Shown one piece after another: positions 9,201 through 18,051 of a stretch of DNA of 47,899 nucleotides (position 1 is the first letter of the stretch; every line of letters begins with the position of its first letter). A program made the translations under genes and the position numbers. The notes under the pieces were generated by a model, which did no database searches, had not been told where the DNA came from, and was given only the letters and a program-made list of their open reading frames with translations. This stretch comes from Armatimonadota bacterium (lineage in GTDB: Bacteria > Armatimonadota > Zipacnadia > Zipacnadales > UBA5352). The DNA lies in NCBI GenBank assembly GCA_051745855.1, contig JBNJEK010000003.1, forward strand, positions 1-47,899, written 5' to 3'.

Positions 9201-11304
9201 GGTCTGCGCCTACGCCGCGGTAATGCCCGAGGAAGAGGATTCTGAGGAGGAGAACGGCGAACCCGAGCCTGCTCAGATCGACGGCGGGCAGGAATACGAA
9301 CTGGGCACACTCATCGGCTGCACCACGACCGCGGCCGACGGAACCTACCAGATCGGCGACGTCCCGCCCGGCGATGTGGTCGTCGTCGCAAACGGCACCG
9401 ACATCGGTTACGGCACCGAGGAGGCGCTCGTCGAGGTCACGAGCGGGAATACCTCCGAGATCGACCTCGCACTCACCGCCGCTCCGGGGCAGATAGTGGC
9501 CTCCGTTGTTGACGGTGACGGCAATCCGCTCGACAACTCGGAAGTCGAAGTGCTCTCGGAGGGAGCAGTTGTTGACACCGGCACGACCGACGCCAATGGC
9601 GAGGTGACCGTTGAGGTCCAGCCAGGGACATACACCGTCGAGGCCTCGCGCCCCGGCTTTGAGCGCTCCGACCCGGAGGCGGTCGTTGTTGACGCCACCG
9701 AGACAGTCGAAGTCACACTCACGCTCGAGGCCGAGCCGCCCGGCAGCATCTTCGGGCTCATCACCCGCGGCGTCAGCGGCGAGCCGGTGGGCGGCATGAC
9801 CGTTGAGCTTGTCGTCAACGAGGCGGTTATCGACACCACGACTACCACCGAGGACGTCCAGACTGCCACCGATGGCAGCCGCTACAACTACATGTTCGCG
9901 GATGTCCCGACCGGCAACATTACGGTGCGTCCCGATCCAAGCGGCTTCACCGTCTCGCCGACGCAGCGGGTCGTCACCGTCGAGACCGGCGACGAGACCA
10001 CCGGAGTCCACTTCACGGTGAGCAGCATCCGGCAGTTCCCGACCGGCCTTCAACTCATCTCGCTGCCCTATGACTACCCGAACGCCGACCCGGCGGAGCT
10101 GCTGGGCGCGAACCCGGCCGACTTCGACATGGCTGCATGGGAGCCGCGGACAGGCGCGTATTCCCTCTACCCGTCTGCCCCCGCTGACCGCTTCCGGCTC
10201 GGCACCGGCTACTGGCTCAAGCTGGATGAGGTGCGGGAACTCACCCGCGAGGGGCTGCCTGCAGACGACACCTTCGAGCTTCCGCTGCAGGCCGGACAGT
10301 CTGGATGGAACCTGGTCGGGGACTTCTTCCTCGACACACTGGACTTCTACTCGCTCCGGGTCCGAGACCGCAACGGCATCGAGCACACGATGCAGCAGGC
10401 GCTTGCGGCCGGACTCGTGCGCAGCCCGCTGTTCGCCTATCAGCTCGGCGGCTACACCACCTCCGCGGTGGCGGAGCCCTACGTGGGCTACTGGCTGAAC
10501 GTGGGCGAGGACATCACTGTGATCGGGAACCGTCAGACCGACACTCTCTCGGTCGGCGAGGAGGCGACTGCCCCCGCGGTCGCGAAACCCGAGGGTGGAT
10601 GGCTCATGGCCCTGACGGTCACTTCGGGCCAGGCGCAGGACAGCTCAACATGGATCGGCTGCGCGCCCGCTGCCACCAGTGGCTTCGACGCGGGGCTGGA
10701 CATGCTCAAGCCCCCGCCCGTGGAGATGGCAACGATGGTCTACGCGGCCAGCGAGGGGGAAATGGGCCCGCAGGCGGTCGATGTGCGGTCTGAGAGCAAC
10801 GCGGCCTGGACGATGAACGTCGAAGGGCCGGTCGACGAGACTGTCGTTGTGCGCTGGCCCGATATGTCATCGGTCCCACCTGATGTCCGACCGATCCTGA
10901 TTGACACGGCGACCGATCGCAAGGTCTACATGCGGACCGCACAAAGCTACGAGTTCAGCGCGCGTGAGGGCCCGCGGGAACTGCAGATCACATTCGCCGA
11001 GGCCGGAGGCGCACTTGCGATCTCAGCGCCGGCCGCGCGCACTACAGGCGCCGGGGCCGAGATCACCTACACGCTGTCCGCCGATGCACAGGTGAACGTG
11101 CAGGTCCTCAACATCGCAGGTCGCGTCATCGACAGCGTCGTCAACGACGACCTGCAGACAGCGGGGGCACAGAGGATAAGCTGGGACGGACTGTCGAGCC
11201 GGGGCACACGGGCACCGAGTGGAACCTATCTCGTCGTGGTGTCCGCGCGTGCCGAAGACGGACAGAAGACACAGGCGATCGGCACACTGTCACTGGGGCG
11301 TTAG
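6283..11304 (+). CDS. Large exported multidomain protein: TolB/PD40 propeller, choice-of-anchor-X-like motif, GATase-like domain, several carboxypeptidase-regulatory-like (CnaB/transthyretin-type) repeats, shared C-terminal module with FlgD-Ig-like end
   Basis: Signal peptide after a GTG/TTG start with SD GGGGAG; PD40 repeats (PAYSPG, PTWSPD, PRWAP, PAWRHNG); LFDDGDPANGDEVAGDGIFSG; FLDRGGRMMISGQDIG; repeats of the G.I.G.V / PPGTYT type; NIAGR...WDG...PSGTYLV end. Confidence 0.8.
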   Translation: MLQKGRFLLTLTILTCAALIFSTAVDSLAAPDRTAQEADPVAAARYAEGATTPSGRTYIGLQRPDWLFERMREMRTAQGSGPIPDLNLTPGATDSEELFANSAPYGELNRIVIASNGIDEDGDGSFDPDATAESFNLWQLRVDGSFATQLTDTEHDELYPAYSPGARLIAFSSNETGTWQIYTVEVLTGTIRQLTFGSGNKYEPTWSPDSSWIVFSGDATGNRDLYIIPSDGSAQPEPITQTPEDETQPRWAPTANVGSAPILFTRSAGTTGSRIFRIGSNGQDEEQVTNGGGDPTANDTDPAWRHNGQLIAFASDRLTEGDDVTMDYNIWTVPPSGEDMTEATLRSNLDPDDTYDDRYPAFNPGLNPRQPIRIFFTSSRPDGAGAEPDIWRFELDDPVPPELVDLPSVDAPRRLVSPGGEVTVSVEVFDGDSGVAQVVAEFKDPDSAVDDSQGVDRKQFQPISVSLQSGAEGTVHRELDCDTVGQVELFDDGDPANGDEVAGDGIFSGVWTTPPSPSDYIIDVHVQDNAGNAFEYDDIYGFTTEMFEPTTNVLFVNDYCEGQGFIFAASGANNDFPTQFPVESYYTTNPGAGGSQNTIRDAPRGTGEPYDIWRVICRGPITVSDLIYYLPTRETQLSVPDLTGTSEVLVADRAIIWAAPHTGSVWAGPGSLVDATTQATLATFLDRGGRMMISGQDIGFALTLDGTSTNNFYSNYLHASFVTSDNNGVTNGGITDDFINGTDGDPVVAHPFSFWPPEDVEIPDDDAAIGWWETDNTLYPQDCAHFTVWPDVIQATGDAVVTHSYDNGRTAGLRYQAPAGGYRVAYYAWGFEQTHKVWGGDGPHSLNYRSKFMHNTLCWLRTGGFQGRVLSISDGNQPINDPPPIIRVMSGNTMVAAVQAEEDGRYVMGGVPPGTYTLSAARPGFDIDHSTSRSTHGGLNYPVVDFAIARAEPGAIRGTVTSQATGETLATVEVCAYAAVMPEEEDSEEENGEPEPAQIDGGQEYELGTLIGCTTTAADGTYQIGDVPPGDVVVVANGTDIGYGTEEALVEVTSGNTSEIDLALTAAPGQIVASVVDGDGNPLDNSEVEVLSEGAVVDTGTTDANGEVTVEVQPGTYTVEASRPGFERSDPEAVVVDATETVEVTLTLEAEPPGSIFGLITRGVSGEPVGGMTVELVVNEAVIDTTTTTEDVQTATDGSRYNYMFADVPTGNITVRPDPSGFTVSPTQRVVTVETGDETTGVHFTVSSIRQFPTGLQLISLPYDYPNADPAELLGANPADFDMAAWEPRTGAYSLYPSAPADRFRLGTGYWLKLDEVRELTREGLPADDTFELPLQAGQSGWNLVGDFFLDTLDFYSLRVRDRNGIEHTMQQALAAGLVRSPLFAYQLGGYTTSAVAEPYVGYWLNVGEDITVIGNRQTDTLSVGEEATAPAVAKPEGGWLMALTVTSGQAQDSSTWIGCAPAATSGFDAGLDMLKPPPVEMATMVYAASEGEMGPQAVDVRSESNAAWTMNVEGPVDETVVVRWPDMSSVPPDVRPILIDTATDRKVYMRTAQSYEFSAREGPRELQITFAEAGGALAISAPAARTTGAGAEITYTLSADAQVNVQVLNIAGRVIDSVVNDDLQTAGAQRISWDGLSSRGTRAPSGTYLVVVSARAEDGQKTQAIGTLSLGR

Positions 11305-11418
11305 TCGCGTCACCCGCGGGGCTTTTCGGCGTCGCGGATGCAGTTGCACATTCGATTGCGTGCGCATCATCCGGCGCTACGCGTCTCTGAACCGCATGCC
11401 GGGAGGAGCAACGAGATA

Positions 11419-13368
11419 ATGCATCGATTACACGCGAGCCGCACTTGGAAATTCGTCGCTCTCTACGTTGCAGCGACGATGGTGGTACCCTATGCAGTAG
11501 TCGGCTTCCCGGTGGATGCCGAAGCCCAGGCACAGCCTGTGGTGGAGAGCGCGTCCGCCATCGTGCTTCCTATTCAGGATCCCGATGGCTCGGTGGATTC
11601 TGTGCTCAGTCAGAAAGCCACCGACGCACTGGCACTTGCCATGGAGGGCTCTGAGCAGTTCCTGGTGACGTCGCGGATGGATCTTGAGCGCGAGTTGCGC
11701 CAACTTGATCTCGAGCCACCCCTGTCTGACGCCGAGAAGATCCGGCTTGGCGATCGCCTCGCCGTCGATCAGGTGGTGACCGGCGAGATCACCGAACTGC
11801 GAATCAACGAGCGCACCGGCGAGGTGGACATCTCCATCGCGGTCGGTCTGCTTGACGTGGCCATCGGCGAGTACCTCAACGGAGCCATCGTCAGCATCAC
11901 GACCAAACGCCTCCCCGGCTGGCACGGCGAGGAGTCACGGGTGATCAACGGCGCCCTGCGAGAGGTTTCGGACCAGGCCGTGTCCGAGATACTGACCAAT
12001 CGCGTCGCGGAGGGGTTCGTCACATCCGTGAACGACTTCGGCGTCGCCACCATCAACGTCGGACGCGACGACCGTCTCGCACCGGGTATGGAGATGCTGC
12101 TGCTCAGGCCTGTCTGGCAGCGGGACCTCGAAGAGATGACCATGGTCAAGGTGGGCCGCTACAGCGTCAGTGAGGTCAGCGCCCACCGCGCCAAACTCGT
12201 TTCGCTCGAGGGTGATGATGGCGGCTACGCCACCGTCGCGGATCGGGCCTACAAGCTCTATCGCGGGCCGGAACGGATGGAGGCGTACAAGCGCAAGGCA
12301 TCTACCGATCAGACATTGACGATCGGGGCTGCGATCCTCGCGGTGCTCGGGGTCGTCGCCATCGCTGACGGCTCTTCAACCGAAGACGCACCGAAGGGCG
12401 TCAGCTCACATCTCTATCAGGACGCACCCGGCGATGAGGCCGTGATCCGGGTCAGTGTGGCAAATTCGACGCTACCACTCGCTGAGCAGGTTTTCGCGTG
12501 GCTTTTCTTCCGCAGCGACGGCCAGCAGAACTTCAGCCTGCTCGCTCAGAATCTGGTGGGCGCCTCATTCGAGAGTCGACTGGCCGGCGGTGTCTGGGAT
12601 GACGGGCCCGAGTTCGAGACATTCGAACTCGAGCGGGAGTTTACTTGGATCGGCGCGGACGGCGAAGAGGAGGACGGCGACATCGAACTGCTCTTCCACG
12701 ACTTCCCGCTGCAGGCCGGCCATACATACTACCACCGGGTGCAGCGCGTCGTCGAGCCGCCCTCACGGGCCGGAAGCGGGTCGCCGATCGTGACCCAACA
12801 GCTCCGGCCGGCGCAGGACGAAGATCTCGACGATCCTGAACTGAACGTAGATCCGACCAGTGCCCTTGGAGAGGGCAGCAGGGCCACCCAGGGCGTGACG
12901 TACTTCACGCCCCCGGTGCTCCAGTCGCCAGAAGGCGGCGCACAGAACCAGTCAACCAGCTCAATCACTTTCACATGGAACAGCACGCAGGGCGCGAACG
13001 AGTACATCCTGCAGGTCTTCCCGGAGGATGACCCGGACGGTCGGCGAGCGCCGCGCTACCAGGCTCAGATCCGGCAGGACACCAGCGGCACGATGTTCCA
13101 CACGATCAACGACACCTTCGACTCAAGCGCCCGCTTCTACTGGCGCGTCGGCGCGCGCCGGTCCGGCGAGCCGGAGCCGGAGAATCGGCGACTCGGCCGG
13201 GGCTGGCTGTTCAGCAACATTCGCACGTTCACAACTGCCGCGGCACCGCCGGCCCCGCCCGGAAGCACGGCAGCGGGTCATTCGCCCGACGGTGGGAGCG
13301 TCCGCGGTAATCACTTCGGGCAGGGCTGGTACCAGCGGCCCGATGGACCGAGCCAGGGCATCCAGTAA
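11419..13368 (+). CDS. Exported protein with a CsgG/TolB-N/FlgT-like N-terminal region, an internal hydrophobic helix and FN3/Ig-like C-terminal domains
   Basis: SD GGAGGAG; signal ending DAEA-Q; AIVLP..KATDALALAM..LGDRLAVDQVVTGEI pattern; segment IGAAILAVLGVVAIA; FTWNSTQGANEYILQV..FYWRVGA..FSNIRTFTT. Confidence 0.65.
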   Translation: MHRLHASRTWKFVALYVAATMVVPYAVVGFPVDAEAQAQPVVESASAIVLPIQDPDGSVDSVLSQKATDALALAMEGSEQFLVTSRMDLERELRQLDLEPPLSDAEKIRLGDRLAVDQVVTGEITELRINERTGEVDISIAVGLLDVAIGEYLNGAIVSITTKRLPGWHGEESRVINGALREVSDQAVSEILTNRVAEGFVTSVNDFGVATINVGRDDRLAPGMEMLLLRPVWQRDLEEMTMVKVGRYSVSEVSAHRAKLVSLEGDDGGYATVADRAYKLYRGPERMEAYKRKASTDQTLTIGAAILAVLGVVAIADGSSTEDAPKGVSSHLYQDAPGDEAVIRVSVANSTLPLAEQVFAWLFFRSDGQQNFSLLAQNLVGASFESRLAGGVWDDGPEFETFELEREFTWIGADGEEEDGDIELLFHDFPLQAGHTYYHRVQRVVEPPSRAGSGSPIVTQQLRPAQDEDLDDPELNVDPTSALGEGSRATQGVTYFTPPVLQSPEGGAQNQSTSSITFTWNSTQGANEYILQVFPEDDPDGRRAPRYQAQIRQDTSGTMFHTINDTFDSSARFYWRVGARRSGEPEPENRRLGRGWLFSNIRTFTTAAAPPAPPGSTAAGHSPDGGSVRGNHFGQGWYQRPDGPSQGIQ

Positions 13369-13416
13369 CGCGCAGGGAGCGAAGGAAGGAACGGGCCGCG
13401 GTTTTCGGCCCTAACC

Positions 13417-14580
13417 ATGCGGACAGGAAATCGGTGCAGTGCAGCGTTGACGCTGATGACCACGCTCGCGCTGGTGGCGGGCCTGCACTGCACCGCGGAT
13501 GCCGACAAATGGAGCCTCTTCGCTTTTGTGAGCGCGGAGGGAAACCTGCAGGCCGCCGGCAATGACTACGCACACAGCCTTATGACGGTCGCAGCAGAAG
13601 CGGACCTGACAGTTGCACTGCAGATTGACAACGGGACCGACAGGCCGGTCAGGCACCTCCTGTTCGATGGCCGTGTGAGATCGATCGGTGAGAGCCAGGC
13701 CCCTGAGCCGTCTTCGCATCACGGGGAGTTTGCGGATTTCTTCCGATGGGCGCGGGACAGCACGAACGCAGACCGCTATGCGGTGGTGGTCTTCGGCCAT
13801 GGAGTGAGCGCGTCCGGCCGCGGGTGGGATGGCGCAAGAGCGGGATCCTGGCCGATGCTCGGCCTCACGTCACGCGCCGACGGAGCGCCCCTGCGGCCTG
13901 CCGCGTTGGCCACGGCCATGCGCGAAGGACTCGGGCGCAGTGCGGATGTGCTCGTTCTTGACACCTGCTACGGTGCAAGTCTCGAGGCAGTCTGGGACCT
14001 CCGGCGGGCCGCCGATGTGATCGTCGCATCGCCAGGGCGGGTACCCAGCACGGGCATGCCGTGGGAACGTGCGCTTTTGGAGGCGCCTGGCACGGCTTCG
14101 GCCGCCGATACGGGCCGGCGATGGGCAGGCGCAGGGGAAGGGGCGGTCGCAGTGGATACGCGCGGTCTCGTGTCGGTGGCGGAAAGCATTGCCGCTCTTT
14201 CGACGGCTCTGCTCGAGGACATTGACGAGTTCGCGCCGGCCCTGACCGCAGCGCGGAGCTCAAGTGACGCGTGGGGCTGGCAGAATGAGATGTGCAATCT
14301 ACGCGAGCTTTGCGACGCGCTGGCGCAGCACTGTGGGGATGGAGTGAGCGAGGCCGCTCTGGACGCCGTAGCCGCGCTCGACGATTGCATTGTGTCCGAC
14401 GGCGGAGCATTGACAGTGCCATTTCCGGCGGGACTGTGGGCCGAAGGCGTGGTCTCGCAGCCCGAAGGTTTCAACGAAATCAGCCGCTGGGGCGAGATGA
14501 CGGCCGCATATCTCGACCGGCAGCAGCAACTGATGCGTAGAACACTCGATGACCTGAGGCCCGACGGCGAAGCGACGTAG
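13417..14580 (+). CDS. Exported clostripain-family (C11, clan CD) cysteine peptidase
   Basis: Signal peptide; WSLFAFVSAEGNL; ADRYAVVVFGHG (catalytic His); DVLVLDTCYGASLE (catalytic Cys); VIVASP. Confidence 0.8.
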   Translation: MRTGNRCSAALTLMTTLALVAGLHCTADADKWSLFAFVSAEGNLQAAGNDYAHSLMTVAAEADLTVALQIDNGTDRPVRHLLFDGRVRSIGESQAPEPSSHHGEFADFFRWARDSTNADRYAVVVFGHGVSASGRGWDGARAGSWPMLGLTSRADGAPLRPAALATAMREGLGRSADVLVLDTCYGASLEAVWDLRRAADVIVASPGRVPSTGMPWERALLEAPGTASAADTGRRWAGAGEGAVAVDTRGLVSVAESIAALSTALLEDIDEFAPALTAARSSSDAWGWQNEMCNLRELCDALAQHCGDGVSEAALDAVAALDDCIVSDGGALTVPFPAGLWAEGVVSQPEGFNEISRWGEMTAAYLDRQQQLMRRTLDDLRPDGEAT

Positions 14581-14663
14581 CGCCTCCGGTCGATCGCAGA
14601 GATGAATGCAGCAAGCGCTCCAGAGCTGGCCGGCACGCCTTGCGGTCAGGAGGAGGAGTCAAA

Positions 14664-17600
14664 GTGAGTCGGCTTCCCAGGACAAAAGCCCCCGCGCGCG
14701 GTGCAATCTTCGCGGTGACAGCACTACTGGTCGTTCTTTCGAGCCCGAGCTGGGGTGCGGCCGGCTACGACGATCTCGCCGGCCCCCTGCGCGGCATTGC
14801 GATGCAGGCCGAGCAGGGCGTCGGCACGGCAACAGCCGGCCAGGACCTGCTCGTTCTCGTGCAGTTCAAGAGCGCTACGGCCGCAGCGGCGAACAACCTC
14901 GCCGCGCACGGCGCGACTGTGCGTCTCCGCCACGGCGACCGCGTCGAGGCATTCGTCAGCGCGGATCGCCTGCTTGAGATTGCGGAGCTTCCGGATGTCG
15001 CGCAGGTTCGGCCGCCCAACTACCTGCAGTCGTGTCAGGGCTTCGGTGCCACGCGAAGCGAGGGAGTGCGCCTCGTCGGTGCGGTGCCCTTCCACATATC
15101 CGGCATCACCGGGAGCGACGCGACCGTCGCCGTCATCGACACCGGCTTCGTTGGTTTCGACGACGCTGAGATCCCGGTGGATCCGGACGATCCCGACGAC
15201 GTCGTATCATTCCGGGCCGGAGGCGGCCTTGGCGGGACAACGCACGGCAGCGCGGTGGCGGAGGTCGTCGCGGACATGTCGCCCGGGGCGGACATGGTCC
15301 TGATTGCAGTCGACACAGAACTGTCAGTGGAGAGCGCGGTCGATTACGTGATTAACCGCGACATCGACGTCGTCTGCATGGCCCTCGATCTGCTGGGAGG
15401 GCCCTACGACGGCACGCATCCCCTCTCTCGCAAGGTCAACCAGGCCCGTGATCGGGGCGTCTTCTGGGTCAACGCGGTCGGCAACTCAGCCCGCCGCCAC
15501 TGGATGGGCGACTGGACCGACCGCGACCGTGACGGATTCAACGAGTTCAGCATGGGCGATGAGAGCATCAACGTCACACTGCCGGCCGGAAACTACCGGG
15601 CGTTCCTGAGTTGGTACGAGACCGCCGGCAGCCAGACCGATCGCGACTACGACCTCGTGCTGTATGACTCGGGGGGGGAGGAGATCGGACGTTCGGGCTT
15701 CACTCAAAACGGCGATGATCCTCCGCTGGACGTGCTCGACGCACAGATACCCACCGAGGGCACCTATGAACTGAGAATCCAGCGGATGTCAGGCCCGGAC
15801 GCGGTGGACAGCTTCCAGCTTTTCTCAGTGCTCCGCGACATCGAGCAGTCCCACCAGATCGCTGAGTCCAGCGTCACCATCCCGGCGGAGGCCGAGGGGG
15901 CATACGCCGTTGGCGCAACCCGCGGGCAAGAGGTGGACGTTCCTGGCGAGCCCGCTCTTGAGGTCGATGAGCTGGAGCTGTTCAGCTCACAGGGGCCCGT
16001 CGTCGGTCATCCCGAGCGAATCAAGCCCCAACTTGTCGCGCCGAACGCCGTCAGCACCAGCATCTTTGTTGACGCAGATGACCAGCCGACACCGTTTGTC
16101 GGCACCTCGGCGTCGGCCGCCCACGTAGCGGGCGCGGCAGCACTACTGCTGTCTGAAGATCAACTGCGCACCCCGGAGGAGATTGAGCGCGTCCTCCGGA
16201 CGCAGGCGGTGCAGTTGGAGCAGCCGGTGCCGAACAACCGGACCGGGTGGGGCCGGCTGAATATGCGCATTGGCGCGGACAGTCGTCCCCCGACAGTCAC
16301 GATCTCCTTCCCGGAGAACGGCTCCAACATCACGACCCGGTTGCCCACCATCGTGGCGTTCATGACGGACGGCGGCTCGGGTGTCGATCCGACATCGATT
16401 ACGCTTGAGCTGAACGGCGAAATCGTCTTCGATGGTAGCGAGGTTGACGACATCGATGACTTCTTCGACGCACGAACGGGTCGATTCAGCTATCCGGTGG
16501 AGGATCCGCTCGCACGCAGCAATCACACAGGGATCATCCGCGTGTCCGACAGCGCCGGCAATGAAGCCGATCCGGCGGTGACCAACTTCCGGATCTCGGC
16601 CCCGACGTTCCCGGCAGGGGTGTCGATGGTCTCGTTCCCATATCGCGACCTCTCGGTGGCCGACCCCGCGGCAATCCTCGGGATTCCGGAGTCCGAGATC
16701 GCGCTGGTGCGGTGGTGGCCGCTCGACACAAACATGGACAAGTATCACTTCTACCCGGATGACCGCGCCAGCCTCGTGCCTCCGGACACGCAACAGAGCG
16801 ACATCAACGCTCGCACGGTCCCATATCCGCCCGCGGGCCTCGGCTACTTCCTGAGCATCCCACGGCAGGCCGTGCTCGACATTCAGGGCCAGCCGCTGCA
16901 GGATCTGGCCAGCACGCATATACGGCTCTACCGCGGCCAGCAGCCGCCGCGAGGATGGAATCTCATCGGCAATCCCTTCGATGAGCCTGTCGGATGGGGC
17001 ACCGTGCAGTTCGAGATCGGCAATGACCGCCTCGACCTCAGGGAAGCTATCGACGAGGGCGTCACGGAGGGCGTGCTGTTCGAGTTCGTTCAGGGCGTCG
17101 GGGATGATCCGGGCTTCTATGACTTCAACCCCGAGCCTACCGCAGCGGTGATGGAGCCGCGGAAGGGCTACTGGGTGCATGTGAACGAGGACGCGCGTGC
17201 CCGCATCTACTCAAGCGGCATCGGCGGGGCGAGCGTTGCCGCCGCGTCCGAGGATGCGCAGGCCGCGTCCGACGGGTGGATGCTTACGTTGCAGGCCCGC
17301 GCCGGTGAATACGTCGATCCGCGAACGATCATCGGCGTGCAGTCAACCGCCAGCGCCGGCTACGATCCGCAGTGGGATATTCCGAAGCCACCCGCCGTCG
17401 CGGACGGCCTCCAGGTCTCGATGGTCAGGGACGGATGGGGCGAAAACTCGGGCGCCTATGCCCGGGACGTCCGTGGACCCGCCGACCCAGGAGAGTGGCA
17501 GGTTCAGGTGGCCTGCGCGCTGCCCAATCGCGAGGTCGAGTTGACCTGGCCGAACCTCAATGCTGAGGTGCCCGGCGATGTGCGCCTGGTCCTCGAGGAT

Positions 17601-18005
17601 CAGGAGACCGGCCGGACGGTGTATATGCGCACCTCCTCGTCCTTCCGCTTCCAGACCGGCGATGACGGCGGGGTCAGGCATCTGACGATAAGGACAGCGG
17701 AGGGCGCGGGCTCTCTGGCCGTCAACACCATGGCCGCGCAGAAGACGTCAAGCGGCGCGATGATTACCTACGCGCTCTCGTCACCGGCGGAGGTCTCGGT
17801 GGAAGTCATGAACATTGCCGGGCGGATGATTAAGTCATTCCCCGCGCGCGAGGTCGAAGGCGGGACACAGGAGACGGTCTCCTGGAACGGCGTCAGCGAT
17901 CGGGGCAGCGCAGTGCCCTCCGGACGCTACATTGTCCGGCTGACCGCACTGGCTGCGGATGGACAGACAGTTCAGGCAATGCGGCCGTTCAGCATTGAAA
18001 GATAA
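14664..18005 (+). CDS. Exported S8 subtilisin-like serine peptidase with an Ig domain and the shared C-terminal module
   Basis: Triad VAVIDTG / HGSAVA / GTSASAAHVAGAAALL; oxyanion residue in NAVGN; IKPQLVAP; SD GGAGGAG before GTG. Confidence 0.88.
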   Translation: MSRLPRTKAPARGAIFAVTALLVVLSSPSWGAAGYDDLAGPLRGIAMQAEQGVGTATAGQDLLVLVQFKSATAAAANNLAAHGATVRLRHGDRVEAFVSADRLLEIAELPDVAQVRPPNYLQSCQGFGATRSEGVRLVGAVPFHISGITGSDATVAVIDTGFVGFDDAEIPVDPDDPDDVVSFRAGGGLGGTTHGSAVAEVVADMSPGADMVLIAVDTELSVESAVDYVINRDIDVVCMALDLLGGPYDGTHPLSRKVNQARDRGVFWVNAVGNSARRHWMGDWTDRDRDGFNEFSMGDESINVTLPAGNYRAFLSWYETAGSQTDRDYDLVLYDSGGEEIGRSGFTQNGDDPPLDVLDAQIPTEGTYELRIQRMSGPDAVDSFQLFSVLRDIEQSHQIAESSVTIPAEAEGAYAVGATRGQEVDVPGEPALEVDELELFSSQGPVVGHPERIKPQLVAPNAVSTSIFVDADDQPTPFVGTSASAAHVAGAAALLLSEDQLRTPEEIERVLRTQAVQLEQPVPNNRTGWGRLNMRIGADSRPPTVTISFPENGSNITTRLPTIVAFMTDGGSGVDPTSITLELNGEIVFDGSEVDDIDDFFDARTGRFSYPVEDPLARSNHTGIIRVSDSAGNEADPAVTNFRISAPTFPAGVSMVSFPYRDLSVADPAAILGIPESEIALVRWWPLDTNMDKYHFYPDDRASLVPPDTQQSDINARTVPYPPAGLGYFLSIPRQAVLDIQGQPLQDLASTHIRLYRGQQPPRGWNLIGNPFDEPVGWGTVQFEIGNDRLDLREAIDEGVTEGVLFEFVQGVGDDPGFYDFNPEPTAAVMEPRKGYWVHVNEDARARIYSSGIGGASVAAASEDAQAASDGWMLTLQARAGEYVDPRTIIGVQSTASAGYDPQWDIPKPPAVADGLQVSMVRDGWGENSGAYARDVRGPADPGEWQVQVACALPNREVELTWPNLNAEVPGDVRLVLEDQETGRTVYMRTSSSFRFQTGDDGGVRHLTIRTAEGAGSLAVNTMAAQKTSSGAMITYALSSPAEVSVEVMNIAGRMIKSFPAREVEGGTQETVSWNGVSDRGSAVPSGRYIVRLTALAADGQTVQAMRPFSIER

Positions 18006-18051
18006 CATGCTCATCGCGAGAGGAGCTGACTCTTTAGTGGAGTGGCAAAGA

